From NCBI GenBank assembly GCA_018675975.1, contig JABGXB010000002.1:380098-444097 (forward strand): a stretch of DNA of 64,000 nt. The letters are read 5' to 3'. The position numbers were made by a program, and so were the translations under genes. Below, piece by piece: positions 38,915-48,437 of this stretch (within the stretch, counting starts at the first letter, position 1; every line of letters begins with the position of its first letter). The stretch comes from Candidatus Woesearchaeota archaeon. Its GTDB lineage: Archaea > Nanobdellota > Nanobdellia > Woesearchaeales > JABGXB01. The notes below the pieces were generated by a model that was not told the DNA's origin, ran no database searches, and saw only the letters and a program-made list of their open reading frames with translations.

Positions 38915-41900
38915 TAATTTTTTATGTATTTTATTTATTTTAATTACTTTATTTAGTTTTAATTTTGTAAATGCAGAAGTTGATTTTAAAATCAATTATG
39001 TTTCTCATACTACCCCTTTAATAACAGTCGATTTTCCACTTTATGATAATATTATTTTAGATGGTGTAGAAATATATAAAACTAAAAATAATATACTTTT
39101 TAAATTTGATAAGACGAACGGAATTAATAATTTTAAATATGTTGAGCAAGAGGGGAATATAAATTTTATAAAAATTAAATCCGATAATGCAATACTTCCT
39201 GGTGAGTATTTTGTAACAATATATGGTATTGATTCATATGGAAATAAACAAAATTATACTGAATTATTAATAGTGGATTTAATCTCACCAATTTTAGATA
39301 CATTTGTTCCAGATAAAAGCCATTTTAAATTTGACAAAGGTCAATTAAATTTAATGTTTAATTTTTCAGAGGGTGTTATTTTTAATTTGTTTTTAGATGA
39401 TCAATTAGTTATTCAACAAAATCCAAAAAGTAAATCAAGTAATGGTATAAATATTATTAATGATACTTATAGTTTAGTTTTTGAAAATAATAAATATTTT
39501 TTATATGGGCAATTACCAAATGGAGATCATAAACTTAAAATAGAATTTTGGGATTATGCTTTAAATGGAAAAGTAATAGAAGAAATTGATTTTTTTTCTT
39601 TTGATGGTAATTTTGATTTAATACCTTTAAATTTCCCATTTTATTTTATTAATAAAAGTCCTGCAATTTTAAAATATAATACTTTTGTTAATGTTGATTG
39701 TAAAATTTCAAAAACGGGGACTTTACAACAATGTCCTTTATCTGGTGAACCCGCAATATTAACTGGTGATAAAACTCATAGTTTTAATATAATTCATAAT
39801 AAATTATTTTTCAATACTGATACATTTAAATTATGTTATTATTGTATGACTTCAGATGATGATTTGTATACTAAAGAAAATATATATACTCTTGACAATA
39901 CAAAACCAGTTTTGAGTAGTGTAGAATATAAACCTGCAAGTAAAATAGTAATTTTAAAAAATGAAAAGGATGAATTTTCTTTTGAATTAAATATTAATAC
40001 TGATGATAGTTCAATATGTAATTCTTATGATGTAAGTACTAGTAAACAAGGTTTAACTTTGGATTTCTATTTAAATCATGATTCAAATACGATCTCAAAT
40101 TTATTTAAATCAATTCACAATATTAAATTTAATAATTTAGATGATAAAAAAACATATACAAAATATATTAAATGTATGAATAAAGCAGGTTTAATTTCAA
40201 ATACACTTCGTGTTGATTTTAAAGTTGATTCTAGTGTGGTATTAGATTTTGAAATTAACAGTCCAAAAGAATTTGTAAATAAACAATTAATTGATATTCA
40301 ATTAACTAGTAGTATGGAATCAAATTGTATTTATGCTACTGATAGTGGTACTACAATTAAATTAAATACAGAAAATAATTTTATTCATGCATCAAGTGTG
40401 TCTCTAGGTACTAAAAATGAATATAATTTTACATTTACTTGTCAAACTTCAACTCAAGAAAAAATTAAAAAATTAAAATTAAGGTTTGATAATAGACCTC
40501 CAAAAATACATAATGTCTTTTTTTATGATTCAGATATTGTAGAAAATGGAACTATTACAAAATTAAATAAATTAACTAAAAACAATATTGACTTTAAAAT
40601 TAATTTTACAGATAATGTATTTTCCAATAATATTTTAATAAGTCATTTTTTAGTTAATGTTCCTACAAATATAACAAAAATAATTTCTAATAGTGATTTT
40701 AAAAATTATAATAAAAATCAAAAATATGAAATATCAACACAAGATTTAGAAAATGATATGGTTTATTATATTGGGCTTTTAGCAAAAGATCCTGCAAATA
40801 ATTCTGCATTAACTCCTTTTTTTAAACCAATTATGTTTGTTAATAAACCATTTATTATGCCACCAAAAACATGTATTGATATTGATAAAGATGGATTTGG
40901 TAGAAATTGTCCAAAAGGTCCTGATTGTAATGATAGAGATGCATCTTTAACAAATAATTGTATTAGTACTTGTTTAGATAAAGATGGTGATGGATTTGGT
41001 TTAGGATTAACTTGTACTGGTTTAGATTGTGATGATACAAATAAAAGTCTTAATATTGCTTGTACAAATGGATGTACTATTGATATGGATGGTGATCAAT
41101 ATGGTATTAATTGTAATTTAGGTGATGATTGTGATGATACTAATAATTTAACTCATGAAAATTGTTTAACTAATTGCTTTAGTGATATTGATGGTGATGG
41201 TTATGGACTTGGTTGTATTTTAGGTGATGATTGTGATGAAACAAATATTTTAATTCATAAAAATTGTGCAAATGGTTGCTTTAGTGATAATGATGTTGAT
41301 ACTTATGGTGAAGGTTGTGACGCGGGTTTAGATTGTGATGATACTAATAATTTAATTCATGAAAATTGTCCAAATGGATGTATACAAGATGCTGATGGTG
41401 ATGGTAATGGTTTGAATTGTACCGCCGGTGATGATTGTAATGGGAAAAATCCATTATTGGCTGAAGTTTGTATTGAATCTGGTTGTGTAATAGATTCTGA
41501 TGGTGATAAATATGGTTGGGAATGTACATTAGGTCCTGATTGTAATGATTTAAATCCAACAATTCATTATGGTTGTACTAATTTATGTGTATATGATTTT
41601 GATGCTGATGGTTTAGGACTTGGTTGTAAAAATGGTCCTGATTGTGATGAAGGTAATATTAACTTTTTTGCAAATTCATGCCAAAAAGATTGTAAATTTG
41701 ATGCTGATTGTGATGGAATTGATGATTCATGGGAAAGTATATTTGGAAGTAATCCAAATGTAAAAGATCAAGATAAAATTATATTAGGTTTTGATAAAAA
41801 AAATATTGATATATATAGAAATTATCCTATAACTCCTCCTGAGCCAGGAACTGAACTTAAAAATCAAACAATAAAAAATCAAACTGTAGTTCAACCATTA

Positions 41901-42809
41901 GTTGAAGAAGAATTTAATCCAATTTGGTATATACTAATAATTGTATTATTATTTATTATTTTAGGCGCGGGTGGTTATATGATTTATAGAAAACAAAATC
42001 CTCCTGAAATTAAACAAACTTATAGTGATACTCAAAATGTTCCAAATTTAAATAATAAAACATCAACTAATTCAATTAATAAAATTTTTAATGAAAAACC
42101 AATATTTTCAATTCCTAATATTTTAGAAGGAGATAAATTAAAATCTAAATGGGAAGAAGAAATCTTAACTGAACAAAAAGAAAAATATAAATCAAAATTA
42201 GAAAATAGAAAACAATTATTTAGTAAATTTGTAAATCGTTTAGAAGAAGAATTAGAATCAGTTAAAAAAGAAAAGAAAGTTGATTTTAATAAAGAATTTG
42301 ATGAAGGTTATTTAGATTTAAAAGATTTAGTTTCTGGTAAAAAGAAAAAATCTGATTTAAAATTACCAAAAAGTGCTTTTATGAGTTTAGATAAAATGGT
42401 TCAAAAGCATGGTAGTAAAATTAATTTTAAAGATTTAAATAAAATAAGTAGTGAAAATAAAAAAGTAATTTTAGATTTAATGAAAATGGATTCTAAAAAC
42501 GAATTTGTTAAAATTGATGATATTAAAAAAGAAAGCGACTACACATTAGATAATTTACAAAAGGCAATAGATGGTGCAGGAATAAAATTAAAAACTAATC
42601 CTGTAAAAAAATTATCTAAAATTATTAATAAAAATAATGTCAAATTTGACAAAAGCTCAGTTAAAAATATATTAAACAAATCAAATCCTAATTTGAAAAA
42701 TACTGATTATAATAAAATATTATTTGAATTAAAAAATATAGTTAATTCTGATATTTCCATTAATAAAAAATCAATAAATAAAAATAAAAAAAAAGTGGTA
42801 AAAAAATGA
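38889..42809 (+). CDS. 1306-aa single-pass surface protein with Ig-like domains, Cys/Asp-rich repeats, TM helix and basic cytoplasmic tail
   Basis: Signal peptide ending VNA|E, repeat block, TM IWYILIIVLLFIILGAGGYMIY, then a long K/E-rich tail. Confidence 0.85.
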   Translation: MKHLQLKINNFLCILFILITLFSFNFVNAEVDFKINYVSHTTPLITVDFPLYDNIILDGVEIYKTKNNILFKFDKTNGINNFKYVEQEGNINFIKIKSDNAILPGEYFVTIYGIDSYGNKQNYTELLIVDLISPILDTFVPDKSHFKFDKGQLNLMFNFSEGVIFNLFLDDQLVIQQNPKSKSSNGINIINDTYSLVFENNKYFLYGQLPNGDHKLKIEFWDYALNGKVIEEIDFFSFDGNFDLIPLNFPFYFINKSPAILKYNTFVNVDCKISKTGTLQQCPLSGEPAILTGDKTHSFNIIHNKLFFNTDTFKLCYYCMTSDDDLYTKENIYTLDNTKPVLSSVEYKPASKIVILKNEKDEFSFELNINTDDSSICNSYDVSTSKQGLTLDFYLNHDSNTISNLFKSIHNIKFNNLDDKKTYTKYIKCMNKAGLISNTLRVDFKVDSSVVLDFEINSPKEFVNKQLIDIQLTSSMESNCIYATDSGTTIKLNTENNFIHASSVSLGTKNEYNFTFTCQTSTQEKIKKLKLRFDNRPPKIHNVFFYDSDIVENGTITKLNKLTKNNIDFKINFTDNVFSNNILISHFLVNVPTNITKIISNSDFKNYNKNQKYEISTQDLENDMVYYIGLLAKDPANNSALTPFFKPIMFVNKPFIMPPKTCIDIDKDGFGRNCPKGPDCNDRDASLTNNCISTCLDKDGDGFGLGLTCTGLDCDDTNKSLNIACTNGCTIDMDGDQYGINCNLGDDCDDTNNLTHENCLTNCFSDIDGDGYGLGCILGDDCDETNILIHKNCANGCFSDNDVDTYGEGCDAGLDCDDTNNLIHENCPNGCIQDADGDGNGLNCTAGDDCNGKNPLLAEVCIESGCVIDSDGDKYGWECTLGPDCNDLNPTIHYGCTNLCVYDFDADGLGLGCKNGPDCDEGNINFFANSCQKDCKFDADCDGIDDSWESIFGSNPNVKDQDKIILGFDKKNIDIYRNYPITPPEPGTELKNQTIKNQTVVQPLVEEEFNPIWYILIIVLLFIILGAGGYMIYRKQNPPEIKQTYSDTQNVPNLNNKTSTNSINKIFNEKPIFSIPNILEGDKLKSKWEEEILTEQKEKYKSKLENRKQLFSKFVNRLEEELESVKKEKKVDFNKEFDEGYLDLKDLVSGKKKKSDLKLPKSAFMSLDKMVQKHGSKINFKDLNKISSENKKVILDLMKMDSKNEFVKIDDIKKESDYTLDNLQKAIDGAGIKLKTNPVKKLSKIINKNNVKFDKSSVKNILNKSNPNLKNTDYNKILFELKNIVNSDISINKKSINKNKKKVVKK
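40872..41730 (+). repeat. 8 tandem ~34-aa repeats C-x-x-D-x-DGDG-x-G-x-x-C-x-x-G-x-DC(D/N)D...C, plus a partial ninth
   Basis: For example CTIDMDGDQYGINCNLGDDCDDTNNLTHENC, CFSDIDGDGYGLGCILGDDCDETNILIHKNC, CFSDNDVDTYGEGCDAGLDCDDTNNLIHENC. Confidence 0.9.
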
Positions 42810-43345
42810 AAAAAGGTCAAATTAATTTAGTTTTTGCATCCATTATGGGAGTTATTATTATAGGTTTATTATTTGCACTTGCATATAGAGGGATTGCAAC
42901 TATATTAGATGAAAGTGATAATAAAAGAATTCCAATTTTAGTTTCTGATATAAAAGGTCAAGTTAAATCACATGCATATGATTATGGATCAACTACAAAA
43001 AAAGGTTTTATTTTTCCAAATTCAATTCAAAAAATGTATTTAGTTGATTATAATGCGATTTCAAATTGTGGTGGTATTGATACTTCGCTTCCTTTTCAAA
43101 TTAGTAATATGATTAAAAGTGAATGTAATGCCCAGATTGAAAATCATAAAAAAAAATCACTTATTTTAAATGGAGATGGTTTTTTTAAGGGATTTGATAT
43201 TGGTGAATTAGAATTAGGTGATATTGAACTATCTATTGATTATGCAGAAAAATTTGGTGATGGTATATTATCTATTGATTTAAAAAAACAAATTGAACTT
43301 GAATTTGAAGGAATTTCTTCAAAAACAAAAATTACTATAAAATGA
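42806..43345 (+). CDS. Class III signal peptide (pilin-like) protein
   Basis: MKKG|QINLVFASIMGVIIIGLLFALAY; ATGA overlap with the upstream gene. Confidence 0.75.
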   Translation: MKKGQINLVFASIMGVIIIGLLFALAYRGIATILDESDNKRIPILVSDIKGQVKSHAYDYGSTTKKGFIFPNSIQKMYLVDYNAISNCGGIDTSLPFQISNMIKSECNAQIENHKKKSLILNGDGFFKGFDIGELELGDIELSIDYAEKFGDGILSIDLKKQIELEFEGISSKTKITIK

Positions 43346-44376
43346 ATTCCAAAGGACAAGTTGCTCAAGCTGCAAAATGGATTTTTGTTGTAATTATTGG
43401 AGTGTTTTTATTAGGTTTATTTTTTAATATGATTTTTAAAAATGTAGAAGATTCTAAAAATGAAAATGAAAGATTAATTTTGAGTTATCTAAATACTTTT
43501 ATAACAAATACAAGAATTAATCCAAATTTTCAAATACAAAGAGATTTAGATAAAAATGTTCAATTTGAAGTTGATTATAATGATTTACTCATTGGAAAAA
43601 ATAGTCGATCTATATCTGATGTAGTATTATATAGTCCAAAAAATTTTGATACAAAAAATATTATGGGAAATTCAATTCCATTTAAATCTCCTTTTTATTT
43701 AACGAATATTTTAACAATGTTTGATCAAAATAAACAATATGTTATTGTATATGACTTTCCTAAAAATGGACGTTTATTTTCTCTGTTTAATAACACAATT
43801 CCCTCTTTTTTAAATGTTAAAATTTATTATGAGGATGATTTTGATAATGAAGAATTAAATTTATTTGATTCAGAGTTTTCAGAAATTTTATTTTTTACAC
43901 AAAAAGAACAATATATTCCTAATTATCCTAATATTGCTGATTACAAATATAAAACATATACAAAATTTGCATTTGGTGATGATAGAAATTTTAAATTTGC
44001 AAAAGTAAGTTTTTATGATGATACTAAAATCATTCCATTAATAGATAAAAGTATGTTTATTGGTTCAATTGCAAGTGATGATTATAATGAATTTTTAAAA
44101 CAAACAAGTAAATTAATGCCTTTTATGAAAAGAATTTTTGTATTACAATATAATAAAACAAATGAATTGATTAATACAAATGGTCGTTGTTTTTTAAATT
44201 ATCAAAATATACAAAATGAATTATTAAAACTTCATGATAAAATTAATACATATCAAGATTCGGTTTTATTTGATAATCAGAATATAATTGATTTAATTTA
44301 TTCTATTCAAGAAATTGATGTTATTGTTAAGCGTGAAAATGATGAAATTAAAGGGAGATGTTCGAGGGTTTATTAA
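43342..44376 (+). CDS. Class III signal peptide (pilin-like) protein
   Basis: MNSKG|QVAQAAKWIFVVIIGVFLLGLFF; ATGA overlap. Confidence 0.72.
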   Translation: MNSKGQVAQAAKWIFVVIIGVFLLGLFFNMIFKNVEDSKNENERLILSYLNTFITNTRINPNFQIQRDLDKNVQFEVDYNDLLIGKNSRSISDVVLYSPKNFDTKNIMGNSIPFKSPFYLTNILTMFDQNKQYVIVYDFPKNGRLFSLFNNTIPSFLNVKIYYEDDFDNEELNLFDSEFSEILFFTQKEQYIPNYPNIADYKYKTYTKFAFGDDRNFKFAKVSFYDDTKIIPLIDKSMFIGSIASDDYNEFLKQTSKLMPFMKRIFVLQYNKTNELINTNGRCFLNYQNIQNELLKLHDKINTYQDSVLFDNQNIIDLIYSIQEIDVIVKRENDEIKGRCSRVY

Positions 44377-44852
44377 TGAAAAATAAAGGTCAATTTCAAA
44401 TGATGGAATCTGTTATGTTTTTAGTTATTTTTATTATTCTAGCTGCATTTTTAGTTGTTTTATATTTTACTTTTTCAATTGATAGTCAAAAAGCAGAAAT
44501 AGAAATTGCAGTTGATAAGGATAGTATAGATAAATCTCAAATTATTTTTAATTTACCGGAAATTAAATGTAGTGAAAAATATTCAAATGTAAATAATTGT
44601 ATTGATTTATTAAAATTAAAATATTTAGAACCTATTTTAAAATCAAATAGGGCTTATTATTATAATATATTTGGAAATGTTAAAATTGAATGGGAATATA
44701 TTTATCCAGATCTTCCTGGTGTAAATGTTTTATTTGATAGTGAACCTGAAAATTATTTAAGAAAAAGACCGACTGAATTGCCAGTTAATATATATAATGT
44801 TAATACTAATACAATGTCATTGGCATTATTAAAAATCACATATTATAATTAA
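44376..44852 (+). CDS. Class III signal peptide (pilin-like) protein
   Basis: MKNKG|QFQMMESVMFLVIFIILAAFLVVLYF; TAATG overlap puts the start at 44376 (ORF track gives 44358). Confidence 0.75.
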   Translation: MKNKGQFQMMESVMFLVIFIILAAFLVVLYFTFSIDSQKAEIEIAVDKDSIDKSQIIFNLPEIKCSEKYSNVNNCIDLLKLKYLEPILKSNRAYYYNIFGNVKIEWEYIYPDLPGVNVLFDSEPENYLRKRPTELPVNIYNVNTNTMSLALLKITYYN

Positions 44853-44853
44853 A

Positions 44854-45375
44854 ATGAAAAAAGGACAAACAGAAATAGTTGGATTAATTTTTATTGTATT
44901 ATTTGTAATTATAATTGGAAGTGTATTTTTATTAGTTTTTTTAAAATCAGGTGATGATACTTTTAGTAGGTCTGAAATAAAAACATCAATTCTTGCAAAT
45001 AAATTTTTGGCAACTTTAATTGAAACTGAAATTGAAGAGTGTAGTAGAAAATCAATAAAATCAATAATTAAAGATTTTTATGAAGGGGATACTCAATGTT
45101 TAGTTCCACCTTATGATACTTCAGTAAATTCTAAAGAATATTTGGAAGATAATGTATTTCCCATTATTTTAACTAAAATATTTTCAGATAAAGGAAGGGC
45201 ATATAACTTTTCAATTACTTATGTTAAAGGGGGAGTTGAAGAACCGCCATTTTACTCAAGTCAAGGTAATTTTGATAAACAATATAGTACCATAAGAAAA
45301 GCAGCTCCATTTATCATTCCAATGGATAATCCTCAAAATAAGATTATTTTTAATTTAATTACTAAAACTAATTAA
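44854..45375 (+). CDS. Class III signal peptide (pilin-like) protein
   Basis: MKKG|QTEIVGLIFIVLFVIIIGSVFLLVF; starts 1 nt after the previous stop. Confidence 0.78.
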   Translation: MKKGQTEIVGLIFIVLFVIIIGSVFLLVFLKSGDDTFSRSEIKTSILANKFLATLIETEIEECSRKSIKSIIKDFYEGDTQCLVPPYDTSVNSKEYLEDNVFPIILTKIFSDKGRAYNFSITYVKGGVEEPPFYSSQGNFDKQYSTIRKAAPFIIPMDNPQNKIIFNLITKTN

Positions 45376-45428
45376 ATTGAATAAACTATTATATATAAAT
45401 TTATAAAAATGTATTCATAATAAAAAAT

Positions 45429-45908
45429 ATGGCTTGCGATATGTGTGGAAAAGCTGGTAATTTTGAAGAATTTCGATTAGAAGGTGCAAATTTAAAATTA
45501 TGTTCTAATTGTAATAAGGGTGGGACAAAAATTAAAAAAAACTTTGCTAATCTAAAAAGTAATTCAAAAGGCTATAATAATAATAATAATACTAATAGTT
45601 ATTCAAATTTTGTTATTAGAAAATCAGTTGTTCCAAATTTTTCTAATTTAATTAGGAATAAAAGAAATTCTCTTAATTTAAATATTGAAGAATTTGCTTC
45701 TTTAGTTAATGAAAAAGCTACATTTATTCAAAAATTAGAAAGTAGTAAGTTAACTCCAAGTATTGAAATTGCACAAAAATTACAAAAGACATTAAAATTA
45801 AAATTATTAGATGAAGATGGTAGTGATAATGAAGATAATGTATTTGTTTCAAAAAATGATGATGATTCTAATGATTTGACTTTGGGTGATTTTATTAAAT
45901 TTAGGTGA
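45429..45908 (+). CDS. Archaeal multiprotein bridging factor 1 (aMBF1)
   Basis: CDMCG...LCSNC zinc ribbon, Cro-like HTH, C-terminal TLGDF. Confidence 0.9.
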   Translation: MACDMCGKAGNFEEFRLEGANLKLCSNCNKGGTKIKKNFANLKSNSKGYNNNNNTNSYSNFVIRKSVVPNFSNLIRNKRNSLNLNIEEFASLVNEKATFIQKLESSKLTPSIEIAQKLQKTLKLKLLDEDGSDNEDNVFVSKNDDDSNDLTLGDFIKFR

Positions 45909-45911
45909 TTT

Positions 45912-46946
45912 ATGGGAGTTAAAATTTTTGATCTTGTATCTAATAAAAATTTGGAAGTGAAAGATTTAAAAAATAAAATTGTGGGAATTGATGCATTTAA
46001 TGTATTGTATCAATTTTTATCTTCTATAAGAGGTTCAGATGGTGCACTTTTACAGGATTCAAATGGTAGGGTAACTTCACATTTATATGGCTTATTTTCA
46101 AGAACGATGAATTTAATTACTGCAGGTGTAAAACCAGTTTATGTTTTTGATGGGAAAGCGCCAGATCTTAAATATTTAGAACAAAAAAGAAGATCGGATT
46201 TAAAAAAAGAGGCTTTGAATAAATATGAAATTGCAAAACAAAGTGGTGACCTTGATGAAATGAAAAAATATGCATCCAGAACATCTAGATTAACACAGGA
46301 GATGATTGAAGATGCAAAACTTTTAATTGATTCAATGGGTGTTCCAATTGTACAAGCACCTAGTGAAGGGGAAGCTCAAGCAACGTTTATGTGTAAACAA
46401 AAGGACGTTTATGCAGTTGCTAGTCAAGATGGGGATTCTTTATTATTTGGGGCTCCAATATTAATTAAAAATTTAACTTTAAATAATAAAAGAAAAGTTT
46501 CTGGGACTCAATCTTATGTCGATATAAAAATTGAACAAATTGAATTAAAAACAGTATTATCTGAATTAGAAATTAGTCAAGATCAATTAATTGTTTTGGG
46601 TATTTTAATTGGAACTGATTTTAATCAAGGTGGTATAAAAGGTATTGGTCCAAAAAAAGCATTAAATTTAATTAAAAAACATAATGAAAATTTTGAGGCA
46701 TTATTTGAAGAAGTTAATTGGAATAATTTCTATGATTTTTCATATAAGGAAGTAATTAATATTTTTAAAAATATTAAAGTAAATTCAGAATATAGTTTGA
46801 AATTTAATAAACCTAATAAACAAAAGATAATAGAAATTTTGGTAGATAAACACAATTTTTCAATGGATAGGATAAATAGTACTTTTGAAAAATATGAAAA
46901 GAAACAAGGTGAATTATCTCAACAAAATTTAGGTGCTTGGACTTAA
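45912..46946 (+). CDS. fen: Flap endonuclease 1
   Basis: MGVK, IDAFNVLYQFLSSIR, VTSHL.G, VFDGKAP, APSEGEAQA, GTDFN.GGIKGIGPKKAL, PIP-like QQNLGAW. Confidence 0.97.
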   Translation: MGVKIFDLVSNKNLEVKDLKNKIVGIDAFNVLYQFLSSIRGSDGALLQDSNGRVTSHLYGLFSRTMNLITAGVKPVYVFDGKAPDLKYLEQKRRSDLKKEALNKYEIAKQSGDLDEMKKYASRTSRLTQEMIEDAKLLIDSMGVPIVQAPSEGEAQATFMCKQKDVYAVASQDGDSLLFGAPILIKNLTLNNKRKVSGTQSYVDIKIEQIELKTVLSELEISQDQLIVLGILIGTDFNQGGIKGIGPKKALNLIKKHNENFEALFEEVNWNNFYDFSYKEVINIFKNIKVNSEYSLKFNKPNKQKIIEILVDKHNFSMDRINSTFEKYEKKQGELSQQNLGAWT

Positions 46947-46947
46947 A

Positions 46948-48060
46948 ATGAATGATTATAATGGAATAAAAACAAAATTACTTCATGCAAATTATCTTAA
47001 GGATTATTTAAAAAATAATAATTTATTAAATTTAAAATATTTAAGTGAAAAGGAAAATAATTCTATTATATTTCCAATAATTAAAAATTTTAATTTAAAC
47101 AATTTAGATTTTGATTGTTCTTTTGTAAAATGTAATTTTAAGGCTAAAATTATGAAAAAAACATATAAGGACTTAGTTTTACAAATTATACCTTCTGAAC
47201 TTTCATTTAAATTCAATAAAGCATATGATATTTTTGGAAATATTGCTATAGTTGAAATTGAATCCGAATTAATTCCATATGAAACTGAAATTGCAAAAAT
47301 TTTAATTGAATCAAATGATAAAATTAAATCTGTATATAAAAAATCTGGTGCTTTTGAAGGTGAATTTAGAATTCAAAACTATATTTATTTAGCTGGTATT
47401 GAAAATGAGCTTGCTGAACATTGTGAAAATAATGTTAAACTTAATTTTAATATTGGTGATTTGTATTTTTCTTCTCGTCTTTCAAATGAGAGAAAAAGAA
47501 TAGCAAATTTAGTTAAATTAAATGAATCTGTTCTGATTATGTTCTCTGGTTGTGGTCCATATACATATACTATTGCAAAAAATTCATTTGCAAATAAAAT
47601 TATTTCGATTGAAAAAAATCCAAAGGCATGCTATTGGGCAAATATTAATTTAGATAAAAACAAATTATCAAGTGATTTTATTAAAGAAAAATATTTGAAA
47701 AAAAAAGAACATTTTGATAAAATTAAATTTAAAGGCCCATTACATGTGGAAAATCATTGTGGTGATGTTCGTGAAATTATTCCTTTATTAAAAAAAGAAC
47801 ATGATTATTTTGATAGAATTATAATGCCACTTCCCCATATAGCAAATAATTTTTTAGATATTGCTCTTTTAGTTGCAAAAAAAGGTACCATGTTTCATTT
47901 ATATGACTTTATGGATTTATCAGAATTAGAAAATATTAAATTAAAAATTAAAAAAGAATGTAAAATTCATGGATTTGATATTGAAATTAAAAATATTGAA
48001 ATTTGTGGTGAGTTTTCTCCTAATATAAAAAGAATATGTATTGATTTTTTAATTATTTAA
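46948..48060 (+). CDS. trm5: Trm5/TYW2-family SAM-dependent tRNA methyltransferase (probably m1G37)
   Basis: YDIFGNIA, GEFR, YFSSRLSNERKRI, MFSGCGPY, EKNP.A, DRIIMPLP. Start set to ATG 46948. Confidence 0.85.
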   Translation: MNDYNGIKTKLLHANYLKDYLKNNNLLNLKYLSEKENNSIIFPIIKNFNLNNLDFDCSFVKCNFKAKIMKKTYKDLVLQIIPSELSFKFNKAYDIFGNIAIVEIESELIPYETEIAKILIESNDKIKSVYKKSGAFEGEFRIQNYIYLAGIENELAEHCENNVKLNFNIGDLYFSSRLSNERKRIANLVKLNESVLIMFSGCGPYTYTIAKNSFANKIISIEKNPKACYWANINLDKNKLSSDFIKEKYLKKKEHFDKIKFKGPLHVENHCGDVREIIPLLKKEHDYFDRIIMPLPHIANNFLDIALLVAKKGTMFHLYDFMDLSELENIKLKIKKECKIHGFDIEIKNIEICGEFSPNIKRICIDFLII

Positions 48061-48095
48061 AGGTTTACTTTTTAAATAAAACAATTAACTTAAAT

Positions 48096-48155
48096 TTGGC
48101 AATGATGATCTTTACCCATCTGATTAATGATGAACGGAAGTAACTTCTGAGCCAA
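48096..48155 (+). ncRNA. Box C/D guide sRNA with canonical C, D', C' and D boxes
   Basis: TTGGC-A-ATGATGA-TCTTTACCCAT-CTGA-TTA-ATGATGA-ACGGAAGTAACTT-CTGA-GCCAA: four consensus boxes and a 5-bp terminal stem in a 95-bp intergenic gap. TATA-like TTTTTAAA at 48069-48076. Confidence 0.92.
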
Positions 48156-48413
48156 TTATTTATTTTTAATTTCTTTTTGATATTTGTGAGATTCTTTTAA
48201 TATTATTTTATATAATTTATTTAGAAATTCAGGTCTTAAATTATGTTCATTTGCTAATTGATTTAATTTTTCAAATATTTCTTTTTCTCTACTTTTATCT
48301 TCAATTTTATTTTTATATTTTAACATTTTTTGACTAATTAACTTTCTTTTTTTTAGAAGTAAAATAATTTTCTTGTCAATTTTATCGATATCAATTCTAT
48401 ATTTTTGTAACAT
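48156..48413 (-). CDS. Chorismate mutase (AroQ/CM_2 domain), stand-alone
   Basis: LQKYRIDIDKIDKKIILLLKKR...K...IEDKSREKEI...IILKES...Q. Confidence 0.8.
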   Translation of the reverse strand: MLQKYRIDIDKIDKKIILLLKKRKLISQKMLKYKNKIEDKSREKEIFEKLNQLANEHNLRPEFLNKLYKIILKESHKYQKEIKNK

Positions 48414-48437
48414 TTTAAAATAAATTAAAAATAAAAT

